From NCBI GenBank assembly GCA_947090545.1, contig CAMUPC010000001.1:1-63335 (forward strand): a stretch of 63,335 bases of DNA, in the 5' to 3' direction. This document shows positions 8,798-18,608 of this stretch, in pieces (position 1 is the first letter of the stretch; each line of letters begins with the position of its first letter). The notes below the pieces were generated by a model. The model was not told the origin of the DNA and did no database searches. It saw only the letters and a list, made by a program, of their open reading frames with translations. The DNA comes from an uncultured Eubacterium sp. GTDB taxonomy: Bacteria; Bacillota; Clostridia; Lachnospirales; Lachnospiraceae. The translations under genes and the position numbers were made by a program.

Positions 8798-10387
8798 ATG
8801 TCATATACAGCACTTTACCGAAAGTACCGCCCTCAAAATTTTACAGACGTAAAAGGACAAGATGCAATCGTTACAACGATCCGCAACCAGATACATGCCG
8901 GGCGTATCGGCCACGCATACCTGTTCTGCGGTACGAGAGGCACTGGCAAAACAACAATTGCGAAGATCTTTGCAAAAGCAGTCAACTGCGAACATCCCAT
9001 AGAAGGGAGTCCATGCGGCGAATGCGCATCCTGCCGTGCCATCGCAGCCGGAAACTCGATGAATGTTATTGAGATCGATGCTGCTTCCAATAACGGCGTA
9101 GACAATATCCGTGAAATCCGGGACGAGGTGGCATATGCTCCGACAGAAGGCAGATACAAGGTATATATTATTGATGAGGTTCATATGCTGTCGATCGGTG
9201 CATTTAACGCGCTGCTGAAAACACTGGAGGAGCCGCCGTCGTATGTGATCTTTATACTTGCGACGACAGAAGCGCATAAAATCCCGGTTACAATCCTGTC
9301 AAGATGCCAAAGATATGATTTTCGTCGTATTACGATTGATACTATCTCAGAAAGATTGCAGGAGCTGTTGCTTTTGGAACAGGCAGAAGCTGAAGAAAAA
9401 GCAGTCCGCTATATCGCAAAAGCCGCGGACGGGGCAATGCGTGATGCGCTTAGCCTGCTTGACCAGTGTATGGCATTTTATATGGGAGAAAAGTTGACCT
9501 ACGATCATGTGCTGCAAGTACTGGGTGCGGTAGATACGGAGCGGTTTTCCAGAATGTTCCGCGCGGTTATAGGCAGCCAGATCACATTGGTTATGCAGCA
9601 GATCGAAGAGATGGTAGCCGAAGGAAGGGATTTGAGCCAGTTTGTAGGAGATTTTACCTGGTATCTGAGAAATCTCCTTTTGCTGCAAAGCTCTGACGAT
9701 ATGGAAGATGTGCTGGATGTATCCAGCGAAAATCTTGCTTTATTAAAAGAAGAATGTAAAATGGCAGACAGCGCACAGCTTATGCGCTTTATCCGCATTT
9801 TTTCAGAATTGTCCAGCCAGGTGCGTTATTCCACACAGAAACGGATTTTAATTGAAATCGCGATGATCAAGCTGTGCCGGCCGCAGATGGAGGAAGATAC
9901 CAGCTCCATTCTGGCAAGGCTTACGCAGTTGGAAAAGAAAATAGAAGAAGGCGTCATCCAGCCTGCCGCGCCTGCTCAGGCAGCAGCTTTAGCCGCCAGT
10001 AAGCAGCAAGGGCTTGCAGAAGAATCAGGCTCCATAAAACCGGAGATGCCGAAAGCGATTTCCGAAGATATCCTCCAGGTAGTGAAAAACTGGCGCAGCA
10101 TCACAGCACAGATGCCGGATGCAATCAGAAAATTTTTGAGCAAGGCTCGTTTGAGTGTGGGCGAGGGGAATGTGCTTTTGCTTGTGCTGGACGATTTTAT
10201 CTTGAGCGAGATGCTGTCCGAGGAGGAACGCAAAAGAGAGATTACAGACACGATTTCCAAGAGTATTGGAAAGGAGATACAGATACAGATAAAGCATAAT
10301 GATACGGGGCAGCCGTTTGAGAAGGCATATGCGGATTTGGAGCAGGTGGTGCATATGCCGATTGAGTATGAGGAGTTTTCGGATTAA
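8798..10387 (+). CDS. dnaX: DNA polymerase III subunit gamma/tau
   Basis: ALYRKYRPQNF, Walker A GTRGTGKT, Zn-binding Cys cluster, EIDAASN, IIDEVHML, SRCQ; RBS AGGAGG; upstream of ybaB-recR. Confidence 0.97.
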   Translation: MSYTALYRKYRPQNFTDVKGQDAIVTTIRNQIHAGRIGHAYLFCGTRGTGKTTIAKIFAKAVNCEHPIEGSPCGECASCRAIAAGNSMNVIEIDAASNNGVDNIREIRDEVAYAPTEGRYKVYIIDEVHMLSIGAFNALLKTLEEPPSYVIFILATTEAHKIPVTILSRCQRYDFRRITIDTISERLQELLLLEQAEAEEKAVRYIAKAADGAMRDALSLLDQCMAFYMGEKLTYDHVLQVLGAVDTERFSRMFRAVIGSQITLVMQQIEEMVAEGRDLSQFVGDFTWYLRNLLLLQSSDDMEDVLDVSSENLALLKEECKMADSAQLMRFIRIFSELSSQVRYSTQKRILIEIAMIKLCRPQMEEDTSSILARLTQLEKKIEEGVIQPAAPAQAAALAASKQQGLAEESGSIKPEMPKAISEDILQVVKNWRSITAQMPDAIRKFLSKARLSVGEGNVLLLVLDDFILSEMLSEEERKREITDTISKSIGKEIQIQIKHNDTGQPFEKAYADLEQVVHMPIEYEEFSD

Positions 10388-10526
10388 TAGGAAAATATGT
10401 AAGAAAGAGAATCGTACAGGATGAGTTAAAGTAAAGAGCACTTTTCATAATCATGTATTGTCAGATCAGATATTATGCGTTAAAATCAATAACAGTCAAA
10501 AAACAAATTTTAGGAGGTATCACAAC

Positions 10527-10877
10527 ATGGCAAGAAGAGGGGGATTTCCAGGCGGCGGAATGCCAGGCAACATGGCAAATCTGATGAAGCAGGCACAGAA
10601 AATGCAAAAGCAGATGGAGGACGCCACAAAGGAGCTGGAAGAAAAGGAGATGACAGCGAGCGCTGGCGGCGGGGTTGTTGAGGTGACAGTGTCCGGCAAG
10701 CGCGAGGTAACAAAGATCAAGATCGATCCCGAAGCAGTAGACCCGGATGATGTGGAGATGCTGGAAGACCTGATTATGGCGGCTACAAATGAAGCAATGC
10801 GCCAGATCGATGAATATTCTCAAAATACGATGGGCAAGATTACCGGCGGGCTTGGCGGCGGAATGGGGTTATTTTAG
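10527..10877 (+). CDS. ybaB: YbaB/EbfC nucleoid-associated protein
   Basis: [34 protein letters not shown]; RBS AGGAGG before ATG 10527; synteny with dnaX and recR. Confidence 0.95.
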   Translation: MARRGGFPGGGMPGNMANLMKQAQKMQKQMEDATKELEEKEMTASAGGGVVEVTVSGKREVTKIKIDPEAVDPDDVEMLEDLIMAATNEAMRQIDEYSQNTMGKITGGLGGGMGLF

Positions 10878-10879
10878 CA

Positions 10880-11476
10880 ATGGAGTACTATAGCGCCCAG
10901 ATCAGCAGGCTGATTGAATCCTTGGCTGGCTTGCCGGGGATCGGGGTCAAGTCTGCGCAGCGGATGGCATTCCATATCCTGGATATGCCGGAGCAAGAAG
11001 TAGAAAAGCTGTCCAACTCCATTATTGAGGCAAGGCGTAAGGTCTGTTATTGCAGGCAGTGTTATACACTGACAGATGACGAGGTATGCCCGATCTGTAA
11101 AAATCCGAACCGTAACCAGAAAGTGATTATGGTTGTGGAAAACCCGAGAGATCTTGCTGCCTATGAAAAGACGGGCAAGTATGAGGGCGTTTACCATGTC
11201 CTGCACGGCGCGATCTCTCCGATGCTGGGGATCGGGCCTGCGGACATTAAGCTCAAAGAGCTGATGCAGCGGTTGCAGGGCGAGGTCGATGAAGTGATTA
11301 TTGCAACGAACTCAAGCCTGGAGGGAGAGACGACAGCCATGTATATCAGTAAGCTGATCAAGCCGACCGGGATCAAAGTGACACGGATTGCCAGCGGTGT
11401 GCCGGTAGGCGGTGATTTGGAGTACATCGATGAGGTGACATTGCTCCGTGCTCTCGAAGGACGGACAGAATTATGA
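10880..11476 (+). CDS. recR: Recombination protein RecR
   Basis: [14 protein letters not shown] HhH, C4 zinc finger, [34 protein letters not shown]. Confidence 0.97.
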   Translation: MEYYSAQISRLIESLAGLPGIGVKSAQRMAFHILDMPEQEVEKLSNSIIEARRKVCYCRQCYTLTDDEVCPICKNPNRNQKVIMVVENPRDLAAYEKTGKYEGVYHVLHGAISPMLGIGPADIKLKELMQRLQGEVDEVIIATNSSLEGETTAMYISKLIKPTGIKVTRIASGVPVGGDLEYIDEVTLLRALEGRTEL

Positions 11477-11593
11477 CAAAAAGATAGAAAATGGATAGGA
11501 ATTTCAGACGCTACCAACAATATATGCCAAAATCAGCCAGTAGGTTATGCTACATTGGACGCATACCTGAAAAAATGGAAAGAGGTGTGCGAA

Positions 11594-13102
11594 TTGGCAG
11601 AACAAAAACAAAGAGCGTCAGGGACACTACCAAAGAATATTCGTCAGATTGGCACTAGTATCGGAAGTACAAGAGTCTATCTGGAGGATTATGTATATAC
11701 TTACTTACATACACAGGAAGTTCAGGATACATGGACTCACCGCGGATTTGTACTGCTGGGCAGAGTCGAAAGAGGAAAAGACTATACAAGGTATTTTATC
11801 AGCGGGCTGGTCCGGGTAGAGGATGAATTTTTTAAGGATCAAATCTTGCAGTTTAGCGACGAGACATGGACGGCTGTCTATAAGGAGCTAAAACAGTACT
11901 ACGACAATCTGGAGATTGTAGGCTGGGGACAGGACGTCAGCAATGGACATGCCGGGCTTGCCGCAGAGCTGGAGCGGAACCATAAGCAGAATTTTAACAT
12001 TCAGAAAAACGTACTTTTTCTGCTCGATCAGGCAGAAAAGGAAGAGGCATTTTACATATTTGAAAAAAACGTCATGCAGCGCAGGGAAGGCTATTACGTT
12101 TATTATGAGAAAAACCCGCAGATGCAGGACTATATGATCGAAAAAAATAACAGCAGGGAGCTGAACATTCCTACAGAAGAGATCCAGGAGCCGCTCGTCC
12201 ACAGCTATCGCGCGGCGCTGCTGGAAAAAAAGGCGCAGATTTCCGAACGGAAATGGAACGGGGTGTTGTATACAACCAGCCTGTTATTAGTGCTTTCCGT
12301 CTGTGTGCTCGGGATCAGCACGGTAAATAACGTAGAAAAAATGCAGAATCTGGAGTCTACCGTCAACCGGATCTCCGGGCAGGGCGGACAGGACAGTTCA
12401 GATGTCCCTGCGATGAGCCCAAATGTAAAGGAAGGCGACGTTTCTGATCTGAATGAAGCAAACGCAGCAGGCGCCGATAACCAAGCAACCGACAAAAACG
12501 CAGCCGACAGCGACAGCCAACAGACAAGTGCAGGCGCAGCAGGCAATAACACAGCCGACGGCGATAAACAGAAGCCAGGCGCAGCCGACAGCGATAAACA
12601 GAAGCCAGGTGCAAACACAGCCGATGACGATCATCAGAAATCAGGCGCAAACGCAGCAGACGAAAACACAACTGACGGCGATGATCAAAAGCCAGGCTCA
12701 AACACAACCGACGGCGATCATCAGGGGACAAGCACAAAAGGGAATGGCAGCAACAGCCAGGAAACAGACGGAAAAACATCCGGCAGCAGTGAAGAAGCAG
12801 GCTCCGGTTCTGATGAAGAAAAAGCAGGCACTTCAGAAAACAAAGAAAAATCAAACAATAAAAATACAAAGGACTCCGATTCTGAATCAGATGAAAATGA
12901 TGGCACGATTGATACAGCTTCCCTGTCTGAAGCACAGACAAGCTTACTGCAAGGCTATTATATTGTAAAAAAAGGAGACAGCCTTGTCGGGATCAGCAGG
13001 AAGATCTATGGAACGACAGCAAAGGCGCGCAAGATCTGTCAGTTAAACGGAATTGACGACATGGATAAGATCTATGCCGGACAGAGACTGGAGCTGCCAT
13101 AA
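11594..13102 (+). CDS. Membrane-anchored LysM protein (N-terminal cytoplasmic domain, TM, repetitive acidic linker, C-terminal LysM)
   Basis: TM GVLYTTSLLLVLSVCVLGI; C-terminal YIVKKGDSLVGISRKIYG...IYAGQRLELP; probable TTG start after GAGGTG. Confidence 0.85.
   Translation: MAEQKQRASGTLPKNIRQIGTSIGSTRVYLEDYVYTYLHTQEVQDTWTHRGFVLLGRVERGKDYTRYFISGLVRVEDEFFKDQILQFSDETWTAVYKELKQYYDNLEIVGWGQDVSNGHAGLAAELERNHKQNFNIQKNVLFLLDQAEKEEAFYIFEKNVMQRREGYYVYYEKNPQMQDYMIEKNNSRELNIPTEEIQEPLVHSYRAALLEKKAQISERKWNGVLYTTSLLLVLSVCVLGISTVNNVEKMQNLESTVNRISGQGGQDSSDVPAMSPNVKEGDVSDLNEANAAGADNQATDKNAADSDSQQTSAGAAGNNTADGDKQKPGAADSDKQKPGANTADDDHQKSGANAADENTTDGDDQKPGSNTTDGDHQGTSTKGNGSNSQETDGKTSGSSEEAGSGSDEEKAGTSENKEKSNNKNTKDSDSESDENDGTIDTASLSEAQTSLLQGYYIVKKGDSLVGISRKIYGTTAKARKICQLNGIDDMDKIYAGQRLELP
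12460..12730 (+). repeat. Imperfect coding tandem repeats (~11-13 aa, e.g. GAADSDKQKP / NTADGDKQKP)
   Basis: Recurrent GCAGCCGACAGCGA, GCGATAAACAGAAGCCAGG and AACACAGCCGA units in the LysM linker. Confidence 0.75.
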
Positions 13103-13137
13103 AGAATCACAGCCATTTTTATATACAGGAGAGAAGC

Positions 13138-14352
13138 ATGGCAAAAAGCGAAAATCGTACTTTACGGGCGCTTCCGGCGCAAAGTGCGGAGGAATTGTCC
13201 GAATTAAAACAGAAAATCCGAATACACAGGTTAAAGATCCTGATTCTGATCTTCATCATTGTCGGTATCTTGATCGGATTGCTTTTTGCCGCGTTTGTAT
13301 ACTTTGAAAATAAAGTATACACAGAATATGAAGTAATAGAACAGATCGAGCGCAGAGAGACAGAAGCTGCGGAATATGAAGAGTTTCAGGGAAATGTATT
13401 GCAGTATACCCAGGATGGGGCGCTGTATTCCAGCATCTCAGGCGAGGTGTACTGGAACCAGACGTATGAGATGGAGACGCCGCGGATAACGACATGCGAG
13501 GACTATCTTGCCATTTATGAGCAGGGCGGCAGCCAGATCTATATTATGAACACGATTGGGTTGCAGGGCACGATCAAAACCACGATCCCTGTGCAGCGGG
13601 TCAGCATTGCCAGAGAGGGGACAGTAGCCGTACTCATGGAGGACTCGCAGACAAGCTATATCCATATGTACAACAAAGACGGAAAGAAGCTTGCCGGAGG
13701 GGAGCTGCATATTGAAAACAGCGGCTATCCTCTCGACCTAGCCTTGTCAAGAGACGCGCTTAAGCTTGCCGTCAGCCTGCTGGACATTCACGATGCCAAC
13801 GTCAAGTCTACGGTAGTTTTTTACAATTACGGAACGGTAGGGCAGAATAAAATCGATAAGATCGTAGGCTCTTATACATATGATGATATGATTATACCGA
13901 GCATTCATTTTGTCACAAACGACAGGCTTGCAGCGTTCGGAGATACAAAGGTGATCTTGTATGAAGGAACACAGAAGCCAGCCGTAATCAAGGAAATCAA
14001 GTGCGCCGGAAACATCCGCAGCATCTATTATGACGATACGTATTTTGGATTGGTGTACGATGATAAATCCTCTGCAAAAGGCTATGTGACGGATATTTAC
14101 AACCTGAAAGGAAAGCTGGTGCTGGAGCAGAAATTTGACATGGATTACACGCATATCGGTTTTCTGCAAAATGGCCTGCTTTGCATCCGTAATGAAAAAA
14201 GTGTACAGCTCTATACGATGCGCGGCAGCAAACGGTTTGAATATACCTTTGACCGCAGTATTTATGACGTGATATCCGGCAGCGGACAGTTGGATTACTG
14301 GCTGATACTGAGCGGGGAAACAGACAGGATTAGATTAAAGGACAGATTTTAA
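13138..14352 (+). CDS. Membrane-anchored beta-rich protein (DUF5711-like)
   Basis: N-terminal TM followed by a beta-propeller-like repeat pattern; sits between the LysM and CvpA genes. Family name from recall only. Confidence 0.6.
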   Translation: MAKSENRTLRALPAQSAEELSELKQKIRIHRLKILILIFIIVGILIGLLFAAFVYFENKVYTEYEVIEQIERRETEAAEYEEFQGNVLQYTQDGALYSSISGEVYWNQTYEMETPRITTCEDYLAIYEQGGSQIYIMNTIGLQGTIKTTIPVQRVSIAREGTVAVLMEDSQTSYIHMYNKDGKKLAGGELHIENSGYPLDLALSRDALKLAVSLLDIHDANVKSTVVFYNYGTVGQNKIDKIVGSYTYDDMIIPSIHFVTNDRLAAFGDTKVILYEGTQKPAVIKEIKCAGNIRSIYYDDTYFGLVYDDKSSAKGYVTDIYNLKGKLVLEQKFDMDYTHIGFLQNGLLCIRNEKSVQLYTMRGSKRFEYTFDRSIYDVISGSGQLDYWLILSGETDRIRLKDRF

Positions 14353-15060
14353 ATGAACTGGTTATATTTTACAGTAATGGGCTATATTATCACCTCGGCA
14401 CTGCGGGGTTATCACAGAGGATTTATAAGAGTTGTATATTCGATCGTATCTTTGATAGCCGCAATTATATTTGTATCGTTTACAACACCGGTACTGCGTG
14501 ATGTGCTCCTGGAATCTACGACGATCAAACAGCAGATAGAGACAGGAAGCGAAGCCTATATCAGAAAACAGATCGGCAAAAAGCTAAAAGACGGCACTTG
14601 GCAAGGCATCGCAGACTTATCATCCTTTGCCCTTCCAAAATCCGTACAAAAAGAACTGAACAAGGCGGCAAATTCATCCGTATCCGAGATCCTAGAATCT
14701 CAGGGAGTCTATCAGAAGATGGCAGAAGCGGCTGCCGACCTGTGCGTCACAGCAATTGCACTTGCAGCCGGCTGGATCATAATCTGGGTGATCCTGCACT
14801 TTATCAGAAAAAGGCTGTACAAATTCGCCAGAAAGCCAGGCATTCATCTGATCAATATGATACTTGGATTTTTTGCCGGGATTGTGAAGGCGTTTCTGGT
14901 AATCTGGGTTGCGTTTTTATTGATTCGGATGACACAGATCCTGCCGTACAGCGCGATGCTGCTGCGTATGATCGAAGAAAACGCCGTTTTGCAGGGCTTA
15001 TACGAAAAAAACATTGTGCTGGAGCTGATTCAAAAAATGGGGATTTTAAACACTGTCTAA
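14353..15060 (+). CDS. CvpA-family membrane protein
   Basis: GYHRGFIR near the N-terminus and INMILGFFAGIVKA; 4 TM segments. Confidence 0.75.
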   Translation: MNWLYFTVMGYIITSALRGYHRGFIRVVYSIVSLIAAIIFVSFTTPVLRDVLLESTTIKQQIETGSEAYIRKQIGKKLKDGTWQGIADLSSFALPKSVQKELNKAANSSVSEILESQGVYQKMAEAAADLCVTAIALAAGWIIIWVILHFIRKRLYKFARKPGIHLINMILGFFAGIVKAFLVIWVAFLLIRMTQILPYSAMLLRMIEENAVLQGLYEKNIVLELIQKMGILNTV

Positions 15061-15152
15061 AACAGGGCTTAAAATCCCTATATTTTTAAAAACCTTTTAA
15101 TGTTCTTATCCTTATTTCTTCGTCATAATTCTTTGCCCTTATTTTTTTATCC

Positions 15153-16505
15153 TTATTTTTTCGTCTTTATTTTTTTCACATTACTCCAGGCACCATAATA
15201 TTTCTTTCCATTCGATTTCTGATAAGCACGCACCCGTATATAATAAGTTTTCCCCTGTTTCAGCCCGGAAACAGTCTTGGATTCAGTAAAGACATTCGCG
15301 GTCTTACGGTTTGTCTTATCAGACGGAAAGTTTTTCTTCTGGGAATAAGCAATCTGGTAGCCGTCAGCATACGCACTCCATTTCCATTTTACTTTAACCT
15401 TGCCTTTCCCGGTATTTTCCACACTTTTCAGTTTAATTTTTTTCACAGCAGCAGGTTCATCTGTATTATCACTGTCCGAGCTTATATCAACACTAAAGCC
15501 CGGCTGCCCGCTTCCTGTAGGATTGCTGCTGCCAGCATTCTGATTACCGCTGCCAGAATTAGCATTCCCATTTGCATTATTGTTCCCTGTATTGCTGCTT
15601 CCAGAATCCTGCACGTAAGTCCAGTGTGCATAGACCGTACAGGTAGAAGTAAAAGGCGTATCCGTAGTAACGGGCGTACCGTCAAACAGCCCCGTATACC
15701 ATCCGTCAAACCGGTAATTATCCCGGGATGCAGTCGGCAGCACAGGAAGCTTCTGATTTAACGTAGTCATAGACGTCTGCCCATTTACAATACCACCATT
15801 TGGAAAAAACGAAACCGTATACTCAGCAGCTTTCCCCGTCGTAAAAGAACCAATCCCCGACTCCAGCCGTATCGTATCCGCAATATAAAAGATCTTATAA
15901 TAATAAGTCGTATTCGGCATAAGCCCCGTAATATTCGTAGCAAGCGTAGACGTATAGCCAAAATGGTTCACCGTACGCGTATCCGGCATATAAGCATTTG
16001 ACGTCCCTAACGAAATCCCCCAAGTCTTTACATAACTGTTTGGAATAAAAGCAATAAAAGAAACCGCAGTATCCGTAATATTGGAAAGGACAATATCACT
16101 GAAATTTGCATTATAATTATCCCACTGCGCATACACCTCCGTATTGCCGGAAAAAACAGTGCTGGTCGTAATCTGCGTACCGCCAGTTGTCCACGTATAC
16201 CAACCCTTAAACGTATAGCCGTCCCGTGTTGGAATCGGAAGCCTGTTTAATCTCTGGTTGACAGTAGTAATCCTGCTGTCCTCCCGCAAAACACCATAAT
16301 TGGCATGAAATGTAATGATATATTCTGTCTGCGTAACGATGCCAGGCCCAGAACGCACAGACGCGGCATGCAGCCCGGCAACATTTGGAGCTGTCTGCAT
16401 TGACTGAACCGAAACCGGCTGTGCGTTGACTGTCTGGGGCAAGATACACAGGCAAAGCAGCAGTGCACAGAATAAAATATTGGTAAAATGTAATAATTTT
16501 TTCAT
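15153..16505 (-). CDS. Secreted/surface protein with two InlB-B (Listeria-Bacteroides) repeats and FN3-like domains
   Basis: Signal peptide; PTRDGYTFKGWY...VYAQW and RDNYRFDGWY...VYAHW repeats; GLMPNTTYYY and GLKQGKTYYIRVRAY FN3 motifs. Confidence 0.85.
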   Translation of the reverse strand: MKKLLHFTNILFCALLLCLCILPQTVNAQPVSVQSMQTAPNVAGLHAASVRSGPGIVTQTEYIITFHANYGVLREDSRITTVNQRLNRLPIPTRDGYTFKGWYTWTTGGTQITTSTVFSGNTEVYAQWDNYNANFSDIVLSNITDTAVSFIAFIPNSYVKTWGISLGTSNAYMPDTRTVNHFGYTSTLATNITGLMPNTTYYYKIFYIADTIRLESGIGSFTTGKAAEYTVSFFPNGGIVNGQTSMTTLNQKLPVLPTASRDNYRFDGWYTGLFDGTPVTTDTPFTSTCTVYAHWTYVQDSGSSNTGNNNANGNANSGSGNQNAGSSNPTGSGQPGFSVDISSDSDNTDEPAAVKKIKLKSVENTGKGKVKVKWKWSAYADGYQIAYSQKKNFPSDKTNRKTANVFTESKTVSGLKQGKTYYIRVRAYQKSNGKKYYGAWSNVKKIKTKK

Positions 16506-16597
16506 GGCGGGTACCTCACTTTCGTTGATGATATATAAAGATTAGCATATGTGAGGCGCAGAATCAAGAAGTGGTTCAAGTTTGTTTTTTGCGGTTA

Positions 16598-16857
16598 GCA
16601 CGCTGGAGGAAGGGGAGCGGGGCTGGCTTCCTGCTCCTATTCCAGAATGTAAGGAGCCCTAAGCATTCTGCGGTACATTGCGGCACCGTCCGGGCGCGGC
16701 ACCTAGTTCGCCCTTGCTACGCAAGAAGCTAAAGGCTGCCGCTTGGCTTCGCCCCTGGTTTTGTTCAGCAGAATGCTAAGGGCTCCTAACATTCTTCCAA
16801 CGTCGCAGGAAGCCAGCCCCGCTCCCCTTCCTCCGGCTGGTTATCGCAGGCTCCAAA
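16598..16857 (-). repeat. Palindromic element copy D (left member of inverted pair 2)
   Basis: Reverse-oriented core; terminal stem GGAGGAAGGGGAGCGGGGCTGGCTTCCTGC/GCAGGAAGCCAGCCCCGCTCCCCTTCCTCC, the same arm type as copies A and F. Confidence 0.95.
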
Positions 16858-17154
16858 TAAGATACAGCAAAGCATCACCACACAGAGGGACGGAGCAAAG
16901 AAGCAAAAACTAACCAAAGTAAAAGGCAAAAATATACCCCTGGGAACGGTGCATAAACCCATATGCACTAACATTTCTAAAACAAGCTTATAGAGCGGGT
17001 TTGGTAGAAATCTGTTTAACGCAGGCAACATTTTTATCTATTGATTTGCATTGTTTTTGGAATATTCTGAGTAAATGAAAAAGCCGAAAGCCCTTAATTT
17101 ATTAGCATTCCAGAAATATTAGTGCATATGGTGCATACCACAGCCAATAGCTGC

Positions 17155-17412
17155 TGTAGAACATGGAAAAACCAGCCGGGAAAGGGGATGGGCGTGTCCG
17201 GCAGGTGCCTTGGAGGAATATTTAGAAGCCCTTGGCATTCTGCTGAATCAAAGCAGGGGCGAAGCCAAGCGGCAGCCTTTAGCTTCTTGCGCAGCAAGGG
17301 CGAACTAGGTGCCGCGCCCGGACGGTGCCACAATGTACCGCAGAATGCCTAGGGCTTCTTAATATTCTGGAACGGCACCTGCCGGACACGCCCATCCCCT
17401 TTCCCAGCGTCC
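17155..17412 (+). repeat. Palindromic element copy E (right member of inverted pair 2)
   Basis: Perfect 32-bp terminal stem GGGAAAGGGGATGGGCGTGTCCGGCAGGTGCC/GGCACCTGCCGGACACGCCCATCCCCTTTCCC around the conserved core. Confidence 0.95.
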
Positions 17413-17617
17413 CCCATTCACAATCCCCCCTATTCCTTAATCTTATCTATATCAGTAAAATTCCCCCCAGATATACACAACAACGCTTTAATCGTAAAAT
17501 ATTCATCCTTTAATTTACCATATGTCTCAGCCACATTTTCTTTTTTTCCAACACCACCAATCCCCGCATCCCCGCCATGAACACAAGCCGAAAATTCAAC
17601 AAAATTAGAAAAACAAC

Positions 17618-17644
17618 TAACAAATTCCAGAAAACGTCCGATAA
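17618..17644 (+). promoter_or_regulatory. Sigma-D (sigma-28) promoter of the flgM operon
   Basis: TAAC-N15-TCCGATAA versus consensus TAAA-N15-GCCGATAA. Confidence 0.7.
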
Positions 17645-17749
17645 ACAAGTTATAGAACTTCACAATCAGCACATAATGAAATTGTAACATATGGGCACAA
17701 AGTGGAGCGTTCTAAAATATATCATTCAGGGACGAGACGATGAAAGGAG

Positions 17750-18037
17750 ATGCCTAATATGCGTATAGATGCTTATAACCAGATCGCAACTTTATACAAA
17801 ACGACAAAGCCATCCAAGGCAAAGAGTACAGCAGAGATTACTACTGCACGTGATCAGGTTCAGATCTCACGTGCAGGGAGAGATCATCAGATCGCAAAGA
17901 AGGCAGTCGCAGCAGCTTCGGATATCAGGGAAGATAGAGTAGCAGAGCTTAAATCAAGCATAAAGTCTGGAAACTATGACGTTGATACTGGAGATTTTGC
18001 GAGCAAATTATTAGCAAGCTATTATGCGGCTAACTAA
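17750..18037 (+). CDS. flgM: Anti-sigma-28 factor FlgM
   Basis: DQVQIS and DIREDRVAELKSSIKSGNYDVD; first gene of the flgMNKL cluster. Start may be the ATG at 17759. Confidence 0.92.
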   Translation: MPNMRIDAYNQIATLYKTTKPSKAKSTAEITTARDQVQISRAGRDHQIAKKAVAAASDIREDRVAELKSSIKSGNYDVDTGDFASKLLASYYAAN

Positions 18038-18074
18038 TAGTAACAGGATCGTTACGGAAAAGCGAGGATAAGAA

Positions 18075-18587
18075 GTGGCAAGTTTAATGGATGACCTGGT
18101 CAGGGTCTTAGAAGACGAGAACGAAGAGTATGGAAAGCTAGTAGAGTTGTCTAAGGAGAAAAAGCAGGTCATCATAGATGCCAATGTTCCGGCTCTGGAA
18201 AAGATCGTGGATATGGAGCAAGATGTTGCAAGTAAGATTCAGAACCTGGATAACCGCAGGCAAAAGGTCATGCGAGATATGTCTGTGGTTTTAAACAAGC
18301 CAGGTGATGATTTTACTTTAGATACGATTATCGAGACACTTAGCAGCCAGCCCAAGGAGCAGGAACGATTACAAAACGTAAAACAACAGTTAAAGACGAC
18401 ATTAGCAGAAGTTCGGAAAATCAACGAACAAAACCAGACATTGCTGAATCAGGCTCTGGAGTTGGTAGAGTTTGACCTGACTCTGTTTAGAAGCATGCGC
18501 ACCGCACCCGAAACAGCGAATTACAATAAAAACGCTTACAATACGGGAGAGATACTTGGAGGCGGAGGATTTGACGCAAAACAATAA
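18075..18587 (+). CDS. flgN: Flagellar export chaperone FlgN
   Basis: Helical protein, KINEQNQTLLNQAL, C-terminal FDAKQ; lies between flgM and flgK. Confidence 0.85.
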   Translation: MASLMDDLVRVLEDENEEYGKLVELSKEKKQVIIDANVPALEKIVDMEQDVASKIQNLDNRRQKVMRDMSVVLNKPGDDFTLDTIIETLSSQPKEQERLQNVKQQLKTTLAEVRKINEQNQTLLNQALELVEFDLTLFRSMRTAPETANYNKNAYNTGEILGGGGFDAKQ

Positions 18588-18608
18588 CGGACAGGAGTGT
18601 GAGCAATT

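Noticed and set aside
8798-10387. Programmed -1 frameshift in dnaX
   Set aside because: No A-AAA-AAG slippery site with a downstream hairpin, nor a long A-run, seen after the clamp-loader domains.
12205-12968. Long alternative-frame ORFs over the LysM linker, and other antisense ORFs in the track
   Set aside because: Shadows of repetitive or GC-rich coding sequence, with no RBS or recognisable motifs.
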